A stretch of DNA of 64,000 bases from an uncultured Verrucomicrobiae bacterium (GCA_963834385.1 CAWIBO010000002.1:1216001-1280000), one strand, 5' to 3'; positions 1-10,476 are shown, numbered from the stretch's first letter. Translations and numbers: made by a program. The notes: generated by a model not told the origin, from the sequence alone.

Positions 1-677
1 GCCCCGGAGTAGCGGACCCGGCCGAGCTCCCGCGCGAGCCAGCGGGCCAGGGCCAGCCGCTGTTCCCATTCCGCCGGGTCCGCCTCGCGCGGCCGGTAAT
101 CGTCGCGCTTGACCAGCTGGCCGGAAGCGGTGAGCCGGATGCCGGCAAGCCAGCCTTCCGCGTGGATGACGTCGATGCGCTCGGGCGGGAAATAAACGCG
201 GGCGCTGAAGTGGCGAAGCTGCGCGGGGACCGCGTCGGCGGGGTCGTTCTCCGCGGGCGGCAGGGTCAACTCCGCGTCCTTGACCTCGAGGGCGTTCAGG
301 AAAGGTTGGCCGTGCAAAAGCGCGGAATAATTCAGGTCGAGCGTGACCTCGCTGATGATGGCGATGGTGCTGGCGCGCCGGCGGTAATCGAAGATGCGAA
401 CATCGCGCGCGACCAGGCCGCGGAACGGATCGAGGGTGAGCTTGCGGATGGAGGCCTCGACGCCCGCCTTGCGCAATTCCTCCACCACGAGGTGCCGGGT
501 CTGGCGGCCAAACCCGCGTTTGCCGAGGTACCAGCCCCCAAATAAGAAAAGGGCGACCAGGGCGACGAGGACGAGGCGCAGGGAAAGAATCGCCACCCAG
601 CGCGGGGTGGCGGGCAGGCGGGTGGTCCGCCAGAGGGAAGGCGGACGCTCGGGCAGGGGCGCGGAGGTGAAAGGCAT
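1..677 (-). CDS. AsmA-like membrane-anchored protein, N-terminal part (runs off the window start)
   Basis: My translation from ATG 677: MPFTSAPLPE...VAILSLRLVLVALVALFLFGGWYLGKRG...VEASIRKLTLDPFRGLVARDVRI. It has a single TM anchor followed by beta-rich sequence. Absent from the ORF track because there is no stop in the window. Confidence 0.6.
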   Translation of the reverse strand, partial: MPFTSAPLPERPPSLWRTTRLPATPRWVAILSLRLVLVALVALFLFGGWYLGKRGFGRQTRHLVVEELRKAGVEASIRKLTLDPFRGLVARDVRIFDYRRRASTIAIISEVTLDLNYSALLHGQPFLNALEVKDAELTLPPAENDPADAVPAQLRHFSARVYFPPERIDVIHAEGWLAGIRLTASGQLVKRDDYRPREADPAEWEQRLALARWLARELGRVRYSG

Positions 678-790
678 CTGGCGTCCTAGGCCCGGCGTTT
701 CATGGCCGGGATGAGAGGAGAAGAACCGGCCGCGAGTTTGCCGCATGATTCGGCGATGCGGGGCGGACGTTCTCGTATAATCTCCATGCG

Positions 791-1240
791 ATGACTGTTT
801 CCGATCTGCCGGCCCTGAACGCAACGCTCAACGCCATTGCGACCGTATTTATCTCGGCTGGCTGGTACTGGATACGGCGGGGGTTCTGGCAGCGCCATAT
901 TGTCTGCATGGTCGCCTCGATTGTCACCTCGGCGGCCTTTCTCGTCTCCTATCTTACCTACCATTACCTGCGGGGCGGCCAGTCGACCCGGTTCGCGGGG
1001 GAAGGACCCGTCGCGGTGGTTTATTATTTTATCCTCATCACCCATATCCTGCTCGCGTTCATCATCCTGCCGCTGGTGATCGCCACCCTGGTCCCGGTTT
1101 TCCGGCGGAGGTGGGACCGGCACCGGCGCCTGGGGAAATGGACCATGCCGGTCTGGCTCTATGTCTCGGTCACCGGGGTGATCGTCTATTTCATGCTTTA
1201 CCGCTGGTTTCCGCCGCCTGACCTTGCACCGGGCGGGTAG
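791..1240 (+). CDS. DUF420 family membrane protein
   Basis: Motifs LPALNATLN, FLVSYLTYH, LITHILLA and HRRLGKWTMPVWLYVSVTGVIVY. TATAAT at 776-781. Confidence 0.85.
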   Translation: MTVSDLPALNATLNAIATVFISAGWYWIRRGFWQRHIVCMVASIVTSAAFLVSYLTYHYLRGGQSTRFAGEGPVAVVYYFILITHILLAFIILPLVIATLVPVFRRRWDRHRRLGKWTMPVWLYVSVTGVIVYFMLYRWFPPPDLAPGG

Positions 1241-1281
1241 TTGATGTTTGCTGGCGGCGACGGAATTTCCGGGTTCAACCT

Positions 1282-1677
1282 ATGGTAACGATTGCGACGT
1301 TCGACGAACTGACGAAGGCAAAGCACCTGAAAGAGCGGTTGCAGGCGGCCGGGCTCACGGCCGATGTGCATAACGAGGGCCATCTCCAGCAGCTGGCTTT
1401 CATGTCGAAGCCGCATGCCAACGCCACGGTGGCGGTGGAGGAAAGAGACTTCGAGCGCGCGCATCAGCTTCTGCTCGAGTGGGAAAAGAGCGATCCCGAG
1501 ATGGTCTCCGCCATTCGCTGTCCGCAGTGCGGTTCGCCCCGGATCCAATATCCCCAGCTCTCCCGCAAGTTCATCGTGCCTGGTCTGGCGGCGCTCTTCC
1601 TGGCCCTGCGACTTTTCCAGAAGGAATTTTACTGCCAGGATTGCCATTACACCTGGCCCAAGGAAGGCGAAAGCTAG
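1282..1677 (+). CDS. DUF2007-like protein with Zn-ribbon (CPQC...CQDC)
   Basis: N-terminal 'A.hlk..L.aaGl.a.v' pattern; two CxxC pairs flanking a hydrophobic segment. Confidence 0.65.
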   Translation: MVTIATFDELTKAKHLKERLQAAGLTADVHNEGHLQQLAFMSKPHANATVAVEERDFERAHQLLLEWEKSDPEMVSAIRCPQCGSPRIQYPQLSRKFIVPGLAALFLALRLFQKEFYCQDCHYTWPKEGES

Positions 1678-1749
1678 GAGGGGCCGGGGCGGCGCGTCCG
1701 CTGGCTCTCTTCCTTTCTTTCGCTACCTTAGTCACCCCCCTGTGCGGTC

Positions 1750-2589
1750 ATGATCAAGTGGCTTTTTGCTCTCTTCCTGGCGCTGCTCATCTTTGGCGGC
1801 GCCTGGTTTTTCGCCTACGAGGTGATCTTGAAACCCGAGATCGCCTTGCGCGAAGAACTCCGGGCTGACGCGCCGCCCCAACCCACGCCCGACATCGGTG
1901 GACCGGAGTTCGCCCGGGCCCTCGCCCTGAAGGAGGAGGGAAAGACCGAGGAGGCGCGCGCCGCCTTTGAAACCTTCCTGGAGAAATATTCCACGGTTCC
2001 GCGGGCGGAGGCGGCCCGCGATCAGCTCGGCGAATTGAACGTCAGCCTCCTCCTCTCGAAACAACCCTCGCCGGACAAGGAGGAGTACGTGGTGAAATCG
2101 GGCGACGTCATCGCCCGGATCGCGAACCGGAAAAAGACCACGCCGGAACTGATCATGCGGATCAACAACCTCACCGGCACCATGCTCCGGATCGACGACC
2201 GGCTCCTGATCGCCTCGCCGGAATTTTCGATCCAGATCGACAAGAGTGACGGGGCGCTGACCCTCTTGAACCGGGGAAAATTCTTCAAGCGTTACCGGAT
2301 TCTCGAGGTGAAAACCCCGCCCCGGCAGGCTTCCCGCGTGGAAAGCCGGGTGGCGGACGTGATTGCCTGGAAAGAGGGCAAACGGCTCGGGCTGGCTTCG
2401 CCTGATTACATGAAAAGCGCGCGCTGGATTCGCCTCCAGCCCATGCTTTATCTTTATGCCCTGCCCGAGCCCGGAGTCCCGGATGCCGGCGTGCCCGCGC
2501 CGGCCGTCGGTTTCGGGCTGGCCGGGTCCGACCTGATCGAGCTGAGTGCTCTTGTAAATAAAAGGACGGCTGTCACCATAACAGACTGA
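1750..2589 (+). CDS. Membrane-anchored TPR + LysM + degenerate L,D-transpeptidase-like domain protein
   Basis: N-terminal TM, TPR-like helix pair, LysM (YVVKSGDVIARIA...TTPELIMRINNL), and a YkuD-like C-terminus lacking His/Cys. Confidence 0.7.
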   Translation: MIKWLFALFLALLIFGGAWFFAYEVILKPEIALREELRADAPPQPTPDIGGPEFARALALKEEGKTEEARAAFETFLEKYSTVPRAEAARDQLGELNVSLLLSKQPSPDKEEYVVKSGDVIARIANRKKTTPELIMRINNLTGTMLRIDDRLLIASPEFSIQIDKSDGALTLLNRGKFFKRYRILEVKTPPRQASRVESRVADVIAWKEGKRLGLASPDYMKSARWIRLQPMLYLYALPEPGVPDAGVPAPAVGFGLAGSDLIELSALVNKRTAVTITD

Positions 2590-2591
2590 AA

Positions 2592-3587
2592 ATGGATCCT
2601 GTCGCCCCGCTTGATTTCGAAAAGCCGATCCTGGAGCTGCAACGGCGGCTGCGGGAGCTGAAGGACCATTCCGACGAGCAGGACCTCGATTTCGAGGCGG
2701 AAGTGGAATCGATCGAGAAAAAGATCCAGGAAACCCGGCGCCAGATTTACGACAACCTCACCGCCTGGCAGCGGGTCCAGATCGCCCGGCATGTGCAGCG
2801 GCCTTTCGCGCTCGATTATGTGGCGCGCTGTTTCACCGAGTGGGTGGAGCTGCACGGCGACCGTCTTTTTGGCGACGACAAGGCGATGCCCAGCGGGCTG
2901 GCCCGGCTCGGCCCGCACCGGTGCGTCGTCATCACCCACCAAAAAGGGCGCGACACGCGGGAGAACGTAAAACGCAATTTCGGCTGCGCTCATCCCGAGG
3001 GGTATCGGAAGGCGCTGCGCCTCATGAGAATGGGGGAAAAATTCAACATCCCGATCATTGCCCTGATCGACACGCCCGGGGCTTACCCCGGCATCGGCTC
3101 GGAGGAACGCCACATCGCCGAGGCCATCGCGGTCAACCTGCGCGAGATGATGACGCTGCGGGTCCCCGTGGTGGCCGCCGTCATCGGCGAAGGCGGCTCC
3201 GGCGGCGCCCTTGGGATCGGCGTGGCCGACCGCGTTCTCATCATGGAGAACGCCTATTATTCCGTGATCAGCCCCGAAGCCTGTTCCGCCATTCTCTGGA
3301 AGGACCGCAAGCATGCGCCGCAGGCGGCCGAGGCGCTGAAGCTGACCGCGCAGGACCTGGTGCGCCTCGGCGTGGTCGACGAAGTCGTGCCCGAGCCGGA
3401 AGGGGGCGCCCATCGCGACCATGATCTCGCGGCGGCCCAGCTCGGGACGGCGCTGCGCCAGAACCTCGAGAAACTGCTGGAGAAACCGGTCGAGCAGCTT
3501 CTGAAGCAGCGTTACAAAAAGTTTCGCGCCCTTGGTCGCTTCGAGGAAAACAGCACCGCGACCCGGTCCACTTCCGCGCGGGCCTAG
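2592..3587 (+). CDS. accA: Acetyl-CoA carboxylase carboxyltransferase alpha subunit
   Basis: LDFEKPI, WQRVQIARH, IDTPGAYPG, GEGGSGGAL, YSVISPEACSAILW. Confidence 0.97.
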   Translation: MDPVAPLDFEKPILELQRRLRELKDHSDEQDLDFEAEVESIEKKIQETRRQIYDNLTAWQRVQIARHVQRPFALDYVARCFTEWVELHGDRLFGDDKAMPSGLARLGPHRCVVITHQKGRDTRENVKRNFGCAHPEGYRKALRLMRMGEKFNIPIIALIDTPGAYPGIGSEERHIAEAIAVNLREMMTLRVPVVAAVIGEGGSGGALGIGVADRVLIMENAYYSVISPEACSAILWKDRKHAPQAAEALKLTAQDLVRLGVVDEVVPEPEGGAHRDHDLAAAQLGTALRQNLEKLLEKPVEQLLKQRYKKFRALGRFEENSTATRSTSARA

Positions 3588-4429
3588 GCGGACGCCTGCG
3601 GAAGCGCAGCGGTTTTCTTTCGCGGCACCGGCGGGGGCGGCGGCGGAAAGAGATAGCGCAGCACAGCCTCGAAACGGTGTCCCCAGGCCGACTCATCGTG
3701 GCCGGCCCCCTCGAACTCGCTGTAATGCAGATCGTCATCCAGCCGCCAGCCGGCTCCAGTGAGAGCGTCGCGCAGTTCCCGCGCCTTTTCCCAGCCAGGC
3801 TCGGCCGTGCCCGTGTCCAGCCAGATCCGCAGCGGCAGCTTCGCCTCGAGCGAGCTGACCATCCCGAGGATCACCTTGTTATCCCACCAGACCGAGGGTG
3901 AGATCACCGCCAGCCGGCCAAAAATGTGAGGGAACCAAAGGCCAAGGCAGATGGTGACGAGCCCGCCGAGGGAGGAACCGCCCAGGCCGGTGGCCTCCGG
4001 CTCGGACCGGGTCCGATAGGTGCGATCGATGAACGGCTTCACTTCCTCGACGAGGAAACGGCCGTAGTCACGGGCCTGGCCGCGGCTGGTGTCCGGATGG
4101 TTCGGCTCCACCGGCGCGGCCGTGGGGGTGTATTCGTGGATCCGGTTCTCCCCGGTGTTCTCGACCGCCACGATGATCAGCGGCTCAATCAAGCGGGTGC
4201 CGATGAGGCGCTGGGCGGTTTCGTCCGCGCCCCATTCCACGCCGGCGAACGCGGTCGCGGCATCGAAAAGGTTCTGGCCGTCATTGAGATAAAGGACGGG
4301 GTAACGCTTTGTTTTGCCCTGGCGATAACCGCGCGGGAGATAAACCAGGAGACGGCGCTCGTTCCCCAGGATCTCCGAGCGGAAACCGGGATGCTCATGA
4401 ATGTTGCCGGTAAGCGTGTGTTCAGCCAT
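3584..4429 (-). CDS. Alpha/beta-hydrolase esterase (IroE/Fes-like)
   Basis: YPVLYLNDGQNLF, nucleophile elbow GSSLGG, GHDESAW. Likely start ATG 4429 (MAEHTLTG). Confidence 0.85.
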   Translation of the reverse strand: MAEHTLTGNIHEHPGFRSEILGNERRLLVYLPRGYRQGKTKRYPVLYLNDGQNLFDAATAFAGVEWGADETAQRLIGTRLIEPLIIVAVENTGENRIHEYTPTAAPVEPNHPDTSRGQARDYGRFLVEEVKPFIDRTYRTRSEPEATGLGGSSLGGLVTICLGLWFPHIFGRLAVISPSVWWDNKVILGMVSSLEAKLPLRIWLDTGTAEPGWEKARELRDALTGAGWRLDDDLHYSEFEGAGHDESAWGHRFEAVLRYLFPPPPPPVPRKKTAALPQASA

Positions 4430-4524
4430 GCGGGAAAGGGAGATGCTTCGCCGAGGAAATCGCGCTTGTCCAACAAGGCGGCCGTGGTCATTTTGAAACG
4501 CGGCCGCACCGCCGGCCCGGACCA

Positions 4525-5235
4525 ATGACCGAACGCTATCTGCGCTGGTGGACGCCGCACCTGAGCCGCGATTTCGAGATGCTGGCCTTCGGCGATGGCG
4601 GTGGTTTGCCGCTGATTTTGTTTCCGACCTCGTTCGGCCGTTATTACCAGAACAAGGATTTTCATCTCACCGGCGCCTGCGCGTCGCTGGTGGAAAGCGG
4701 ACGGGTCACGATCTATTGCCCGGACTCAATTGATCTCGAAAGTTTTTACAACAAGGGGATTCACCCGGCCGACCGGATGCGGACGCACAACGCCTACGAG
4801 CGGGTCCTGGTGCATGATGTTTTCGACCTGGCCCGGCGCGAGTGCGGCACCCACCGCGTGGCCTTGTGCGGGGCCAGCCTGGGCGCCTATCACGCCGCCA
4901 ACATCGCCTTTCGCCACCCTGACGCCGTCAGCCACCTGATCACCCTGAGCGGGGCCTTTGAGATCTCCTCGTTTTTCGACGGCTACCACGACGAGAACAT
5001 TTATTTCAACAGCCCCTACGAGTATCTGCCGAACATGCCGGACCCGTGGAAATTCAACCACCTCGGGATCATCCTGGGCACGGGGGAATGGGATAACACC
5101 CGGCAGGAATCGATCCGGCTGGCGGAGGTTTTAAGCGCCAAAGGCATCCAACACTGGCTCGACGACCGGAAATGGTGCGGCCACGACTGGACTTACTGGC
5201 GGGACATGCTGCCTTATTACCTCGGCAGCATCTGA
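4525..5235 (+). CDS. Alpha/beta-hydrolase esterase family protein
   Basis: FPTSFG, GASLGA elbow, GHDWTYW. Confidence 0.85.
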   Translation: MTERYLRWWTPHLSRDFEMLAFGDGGGLPLILFPTSFGRYYQNKDFHLTGACASLVESGRVTIYCPDSIDLESFYNKGIHPADRMRTHNAYERVLVHDVFDLARRECGTHRVALCGASLGAYHAANIAFRHPDAVSHLITLSGAFEISSFFDGYHDENIYFNSPYEYLPNMPDPWKFNHLGIILGTGEWDNTRQESIRLAEVLSAKGIQHWLDDRKWCGHDWTYWRDMLPYYLGSI

Positions 5236-5266
5236 ACCCCGGCCACTGCTCTCACCCAATCTCACC

Positions 5267-6250
5267 ATGAAAAAAATCGGAATTCTCTTTGGACAGGAAG
5301 GAAGTTTCCCGCCGGCTTTCGTCGAGCGGGTGAATCAAAAAACGGGGGGCGAGGACATTCGGGCCGAGTTCGTCCGGATCGACAAGGTGATCCAGGGCGA
5401 GCCGTGCGGCTACGACGTCGTGATCGACCGGATTTCGCAGGATGTGCCGTTCTACCGGGGCTGGCTGAAGAACGAGGCCCTGACCGGCTGCGCCGTGGTG
5501 AACAACCCGTTCTGGTGGAGCGCGGACGAAAAATTCTTCAATAACGCGCTCGCCACCAGGATCGGCGTGGCGGTGCCGAAGACCGTCCTGCTTCCGTCGC
5601 ACGAGCTGCCGCCCGACACGAGCGACAACTCCTTTCGCAACCTGGCCTACCCGCTCGATTGGGACGCGATTTTCGACTACATCGGCTGGCCGGCCTTCTT
5701 CAAGCCGTTCGCGGGCGGTGGCTGGAAGAACGTCTATCGGCTGCACAATCCCGATGAGTTTTTCCGGGCCTACAACGAAACGGGCCAGCTCGTCATGATG
5801 CTGCAGGAGGAAGTGAAGTTCGACATGTACTTCCGCTGCTATTCCATCGACCAGCGCAAGGTGCGGGTCATGAACTACGAGCCGCGGCACCCGTATCATC
5901 TCCGCTACCAGACCGACTGGGAGGCGCCGAAGAACATCCTCGAACAGGTCGAATGGGGCGTCCTCCAGTTGAACCAGTATCTCGGTTACGACCTGAACAC
6001 GGTGGAGTTTGCCATCCGCGACGGCGTGCCCCTGGCGATCGATTTCTGCAACCCGGCCCCGGATGCCGAGGTTTCGTCGGTCGGACAGGCGAATTTCGAC
6101 TGGGTGGTCGACGCGGTCTCCGACATGGCCATCCGCAAGGCGCGGGAACACGTCCCGGGGCGCGACAACCTGAGCTGGGGCAAATTCATCCAGGCGGCCG
6201 CCACCGGGCGTTCGCTCGCCGAGGTGGGCCAGACCGTGCGCGCCGAATAG
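5267..6250 (+). CDS. ATP-grasp amidoligase (RimK/glutathione-synthetase-like)
   Basis: VNNPFWWSADEKF, FFKPFAGGGWKNVY, MMLQEEV, VEFAIRDG...IDFCNPAPD. Confidence 0.8.
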   Translation: MKKIGILFGQEGSFPPAFVERVNQKTGGEDIRAEFVRIDKVIQGEPCGYDVVIDRISQDVPFYRGWLKNEALTGCAVVNNPFWWSADEKFFNNALATRIGVAVPKTVLLPSHELPPDTSDNSFRNLAYPLDWDAIFDYIGWPAFFKPFAGGGWKNVYRLHNPDEFFRAYNETGQLVMMLQEEVKFDMYFRCYSIDQRKVRVMNYEPRHPYHLRYQTDWEAPKNILEQVEWGVLQLNQYLGYDLNTVEFAIRDGVPLAIDFCNPAPDAEVSSVGQANFDWVVDAVSDMAIRKAREHVPGRDNLSWGKFIQAAATGRSLAEVGQTVRAE

Positions 6251-6269
6251 AAACCCGCCGCGGCCCGGG

Positions 6270-6298
6270 ATGACAGACCGGGCAGGACGGTTTAACAT
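6270..6298 (+). promoter_or_regulatory. Putative sigma70 promoter for the ybdK-like gene
   Basis: ATGACA-17 nt-TAACAT upstream of ATG 6318. Confidence 0.4.
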
Positions 6299-6317
6299 TT
6301 CCGGCGGCCGGCACAGC

Positions 6318-7464
6318 ATGAAAGACCACGTCTTCACCCTCGGCATTGAGGAGGAGTTCGCCATTGTCGATCCGGCGACCGGCCAGCTCCGTTCGCACAT
6401 CCAGGAGATTCTCGAGGACGGCAAAATCACTCTGAAGGAGAGGGTCAAGCCCGAGATGCACCAGTCGGTGGTGGAACTGGGCACGGAAATCTGCCGCGAC
6501 ATCTCGGACGCGCGCAACCATGTGGTCGACCTGCGCAGCCGCCTGGCCGCGCTGGCGGCGCGGAGCGGGCTCAAGATCGCCTCGGTCGGCACGCACCCGA
6601 TTTCCCACTGGCGGGACCAGTCGATCACCGAGGGCGAACGTTACAAGGAGATCGTGCGCGACATGCAGCTCCTGGCGCGCGCCAACCTCATCTTCGGCCT
6701 GCACGTGCACGTCGGCATCCCGGACCGCGAGACCGCCATCCAGGTGATGAACCAGGCGCGTTATTTCCTGCCGCATCTCTACGCGCTCTCGGTCAACTCG
6801 CCCTTCTGGGTCGGGCACGACACCGGCCTGAAAGGCTACCGCTTGAAGGTGTTCGAGCGGTTCCCCCGCACCGGCATCCCGGACGCCTTCGAGTCGCTGG
6901 CCGAGTACGAGGATTTCCTGCGGCTTGCTGGTGAAGACGAAGTGCATCGATAACGCCAAGAAGATCTGGTGGGACATCCGCCTGCATCCCTTCTTCGACA
7001 CCCTGGAGGTGCGGGTGTGCGATGCGCAAACGCGGGTGGACGACACCCTGGCCATTGCCGCGCTGGTGCAGGCGATCATTACCAAGCTTTTCAAGCTGCA
7101 GCAGCGGAACCTCAGTTTCCGCATCTATCGCCGGCGCGTCCTCGATGAGAACCGGTGGCGGGCGGCGCGCTACGGCATTGACGGCAAACTGATCGACTTT
7201 GGGCGGGAAACCGAGGTGGAAACGCGCAGCCTCATCACCGAGCTCCTCGAGTTTGTGGCGGCCGAGACGGAGGAACTGGGGAGCAAACGCGAGATGGAGC
7301 ATGTCGAACGGATCCTGCGGGAGGGCACCGGGGCCGACCGGCAACTGGCGGTGTTCGAGCGCACCGGCGACATGCAGGAGGTGGTTCGGCAGATCGTCTC
7401 CGAGACGTATGAAGGGCTCGACCGGAGCGCGCCCCCGTTGGTGACCGCGCCGGCCGGCGCCTGA
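6318..7464 (+). CDS. ybdK: Carboxylate-amine ligase YbdK / GCS2 family; apparent +1 frameshift near 6925
   Basis: TLGIEEEF, GLHVHVG and SVNSPFW in frame 1; WWDIRLHPFFDTLEVRVCD and ENRWRAARYG in the next frame. Extra base in CGGCTTGCTG. Confidence 0.85.
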
Positions 7465-7480
7465 CCCCGCCCGGGCCGGC

Positions 7481-8347
7481 TCAGGCCGGCACGATCACCC
7501 GCAGGGTCCGGTCTTCCATCTGGAAAGTGACCGGGCATTCGCCGACCAGTTCGCCGTCGATCTCGACCGGGACGGCGGTGTCGGCGCTGACCCGCAACGC
7601 GCGCGTCTGGAAGTATTCGACCTCGGGCGCGCGGATTTCCGAGCTGAAGAAGACGTTCTGGAGGTAGCGGATGATCTCGAGATAACCGAGCTGCTTGAAG
7701 AGGACGACGTCGAGCAGGCCATCATCGAGGCGGGCCAGCTTGAAGAACGGGAAAGGACCGCCGTAGAGGCGGCCGTTGCCCACGAGGACAAAGGAGGCCT
7801 CCGTGGCCGCGGTGTCGGCGCATTCAATGTGCAGCCGGGGCGGTTTGCGCGCGGCGATCTGGGCCGCGGAAATGATGTAACTGAGCGGACCGAAACTTTT
7901 CTTGAAGGCAAAGGTCGTCTCCTTGACCGCCTGGGCGTCGAGACCGACGCCGGCGAGCTGGACGAAATGCTTGCCGTTGGCGCTGGCGACATCGACCACG
8001 CGGGTGTGCCGGCGGCGGATGACATCCCAGCAGGCCCCGAGGTTATGACAGGGCAGGCCGAGCTCGGAGGCGAAGACGTTGACCGTGCCCAACGGGAGCA
8101 GGCCGAGGGTGGCGCTGCTGCCGGCGAGCCCGTTCACGACCTCGTTGATGGTGCCGTCGCCCCCCGCGGCCACGATGGTGCGGTAACGGCCATCGGCGGC
8201 GCCGGCCCGCGCCATGCGCTCCGCTTCCCCGGGCGAAGTGGTCAGGAGCATGTCGCAATTTTCCGCCATTTCCGTCACGCGGGCGAGCTGGGCGCGGGCC
8301 CGGTCGCTGCGCGCGGCCGGGTTAAGAATGACAAGCGTATCGGTCAA
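7481..8347 (-). CDS. Diacylglycerol kinase family lipid kinase (YegS/DagK-like)
   Basis: NPAA, AAGGDGTINEV, LPLGTVNVFA, GNGRLYGG, EIDGE. Confidence 0.9.
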   Translation of the reverse strand: MTDTLVILNPAARSDRARAQLARVTEMAENCDMLLTTSPGEAERMARAGAADGRYRTIVAAGGDGTINEVVNGLAGSSATLGLLPLGTVNVFASELGLPCHNLGACWDVIRRRHTRVVDVASANGKHFVQLAGVGLDAQAVKETTFAFKKSFGPLSYIISAAQIAARKPPRLHIECADTAATEASFVLVGNGRLYGGPFPFFKLARLDDGLLDVVLFKQLGYLEIIRYLQNVFFSSEIRAPEVEYFQTRALRVSADTAVPVEIDGELVGECPVTFQMEDRTLRVIVPA

Positions 8348-8405
8348 AATGGCAGGGGCGGGGCTTTGGTCTTTTCTTCAAGGGGGCGCCACGTAGCTTT
8401 CCCCG

Positions 8406-9922
8406 GTGCGACACGTGACAAAATCGATCTGGCTGGTGCTGGCTGCCGTGGCCGGGGTGCTCGTGGCCGGGTTGCTGGCCTTGAATCTGTATGTGCAGTC
8501 GGAGGGAACACAAACCCGAATTCAGCAGGAACTCAGCCAGCGGCTTGGGACCGAGCTGCGCATCCAGCGAATCAGCATCACCCCGTGGTATGGCCTGAAG
8601 TTGAGCGGGATCTCCATGCCCCGAAGCGATCAGCCCGGGGCCGACAATTTCCTGACCGCGCGCACCTTTCGTCTTCGGGTGGAGACCGCCTCGCTTTTTC
8701 GCCGGCGGCTGGTGATCAAGGAAGTGTCGCTGATCCGGCCGGAAGTGGTCTGGCTGCAGAATCGCGATGGGAACTGGCGCCTGCCGCAGCAGCGCGTGGC
8801 CCCGGCGGCGACCGCGACCGGGTCGGCACCGGAGTTGGAGGGCGAAACAGTGCCGCCCCCGCCCGATGCGACGGCCGATGAGCCAGCCGGGCCACCGCAG
8901 CTGACGCCAACCGTCTCCGGCGGCTACGTCCCGGAAATCCGGCGGGTGCAGGTAAAGGAAGGGGCCTTCCAGTTCCTGAATCGCGAGGGGGAAGTGGTGG
9001 CCAAGTTTCTGGGCGTGAACTTTCGCTCCAATTTCCGCAGCGACCTGAGCCTGCGCGGCACGGTCAAGATCGCGAACGTCTCGATCCGCGACCGTGTTTT
9101 TCTGCAGGAGCTGGTTTCGCCGTTGCGATACGAGCCCGCTTCACTCGAGATCACGGAGGTCCGGGCGAAAGTGGCCGGGGGCGATCTGGGAGGGGCGTTC
9201 AAGATGCAGCCGCGCGCAGGAAGATTCGCCTTTCGAGGCTTCGCTGAAGTTCAGCGAGGTCGATGCCGACAAGTTGATCACGCAGGCGGGAGGTCCGGCG
9301 GGCGTGGTGCAGGGGCGGCTGGAGGGTTATCTGAACGCGCAGGGCCGGACGGCCGACCCGGACGCGCTGGCGGGGCAGGGCGAGATTTATCTGCGCGACG
9401 GACAGGTGCAGCGTTACAGCCTCCTGGTGGCGCTGGGGCAGATCCTGCAGATCGAGGAGCTGGCGCAGCTGAAGTTCGACGAGGCGCACATCAAATACCG
9501 GATCGAGCCCGGCGTTGTCCTGGTGGACGAACTCCTTTTCCGCTCGCCCAACATCCGTTTGAGCGCGCAGGGCACGGTCAATTTCCGCGGCAAGATGCGG
9601 CTCGAGGCGCAGCTGGCCGTGAGCGACCAGGTGGGCGGAACCCTTTTCGGCGCCCTCCGCCGCAACTTCGTGCCCACGGCCGAGCCCGGGTTTCGCCGCG
9701 GTCGATTTCAATGTGCGCGGCACCGTGGCCAAGCCGCGGACAAACCTGGTCGACAAGGTGGTGGGGCGCGACCTGAAGGATTTCGGCGGCATCATCAACA
9801 GTTTCCTTGGGCGAGGTGACCGGAAGAAGAAGAAAGAGCGGACGATGGAGCTTGCCCCGGAGCTGAACCTGCCCCCGGTCGAGGCGCCGGCGCTCTCGCC
9901 TTCTCCGCTGCCCACTCCATGA
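8406..9922 (+). CDS. AsmA-like family protein; two apparent +1 frameshifts (~9212, ~9693)
   Basis: N-terminal TM anchor. Coding sequence continues across ORFs 8406, 9094 and 9713 and ends overlapping the rsmD start (ATGA). Confidence 0.7.
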
Positions 9923-10476
9923 GAGTAATCGCGGGCAGCGCGGGCGGGCGTCAGCTTCGCGTGCCGCGCCATGGCGTTCGGCCCACGATGGACCGGGTCA
10001 AGGCCGCCATTTTTTCCAGTCTCGGCGACAAGGTCATCGGCGCGCGCGTGCTTGATCTCTTTGCCGGGGCCGGCGGCCTCGGGATCGAGGCGCTCAGCCG
10101 GGGGGCGACCGAGGCCACTTTCGTCGAGAACGACCGGGAAGCCGTGGAAACGATTGAGCGCAACCTTCTCCTGGCCGGGGTGAAGGGACGCGTGCGGCGG
10201 CGGGACGTTTTCGATTTTCTGCGGGGGGAGAACTCGGTTTTCGATGTTATCCTGGCCGACCCGCCCTACGAGCACGCCGAGGGCGATCCGCCGTTCACCG
10301 CGCGGCTGCTGCAGAGCGCGGAGCTGGCGGCGCTGCTGGCCGCCGACGGTATTCTTGTGCTGGAGAAGCGTCCCGGCGAGTCGCTTCCGGAAATGCCGGG
10401 CTGGGAGATGATCAGGCAACGCGCCTACGGCGCGACCGAGGTGCTGATGCTGAGACGCGTGATCGCGGCCCCATGA
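9919..10476 (+). CDS. rsmD: 16S rRNA m2G966 methyltransferase
   Basis: MRVIAG, RPTMDRVK, LDLFAGAGGLGIEALSRGA, ADPPY. Confidence 0.93.
   Translation: MRVIAGSAGGRQLRVPRHGVRPTMDRVKAAIFSSLGDKVIGARVLDLFAGAGGLGIEALSRGATEATFVENDREAVETIERNLLLAGVKGRVRRRDVFDFLRGENSVFDVILADPPYEHAEGDPPFTARLLQSAELAALLAADGILVLEKRPGESLPEMPGWEMIRQRAYGATEVLMLRRVIAAP

Noticed and set aside
6318..7464. ybdK, asmA-like, TMTC-like and ppdK as true pseudogenes
   Set aside because: Single +1 indels with intact motifs on both sides. Sequencing error is more parsimonious.
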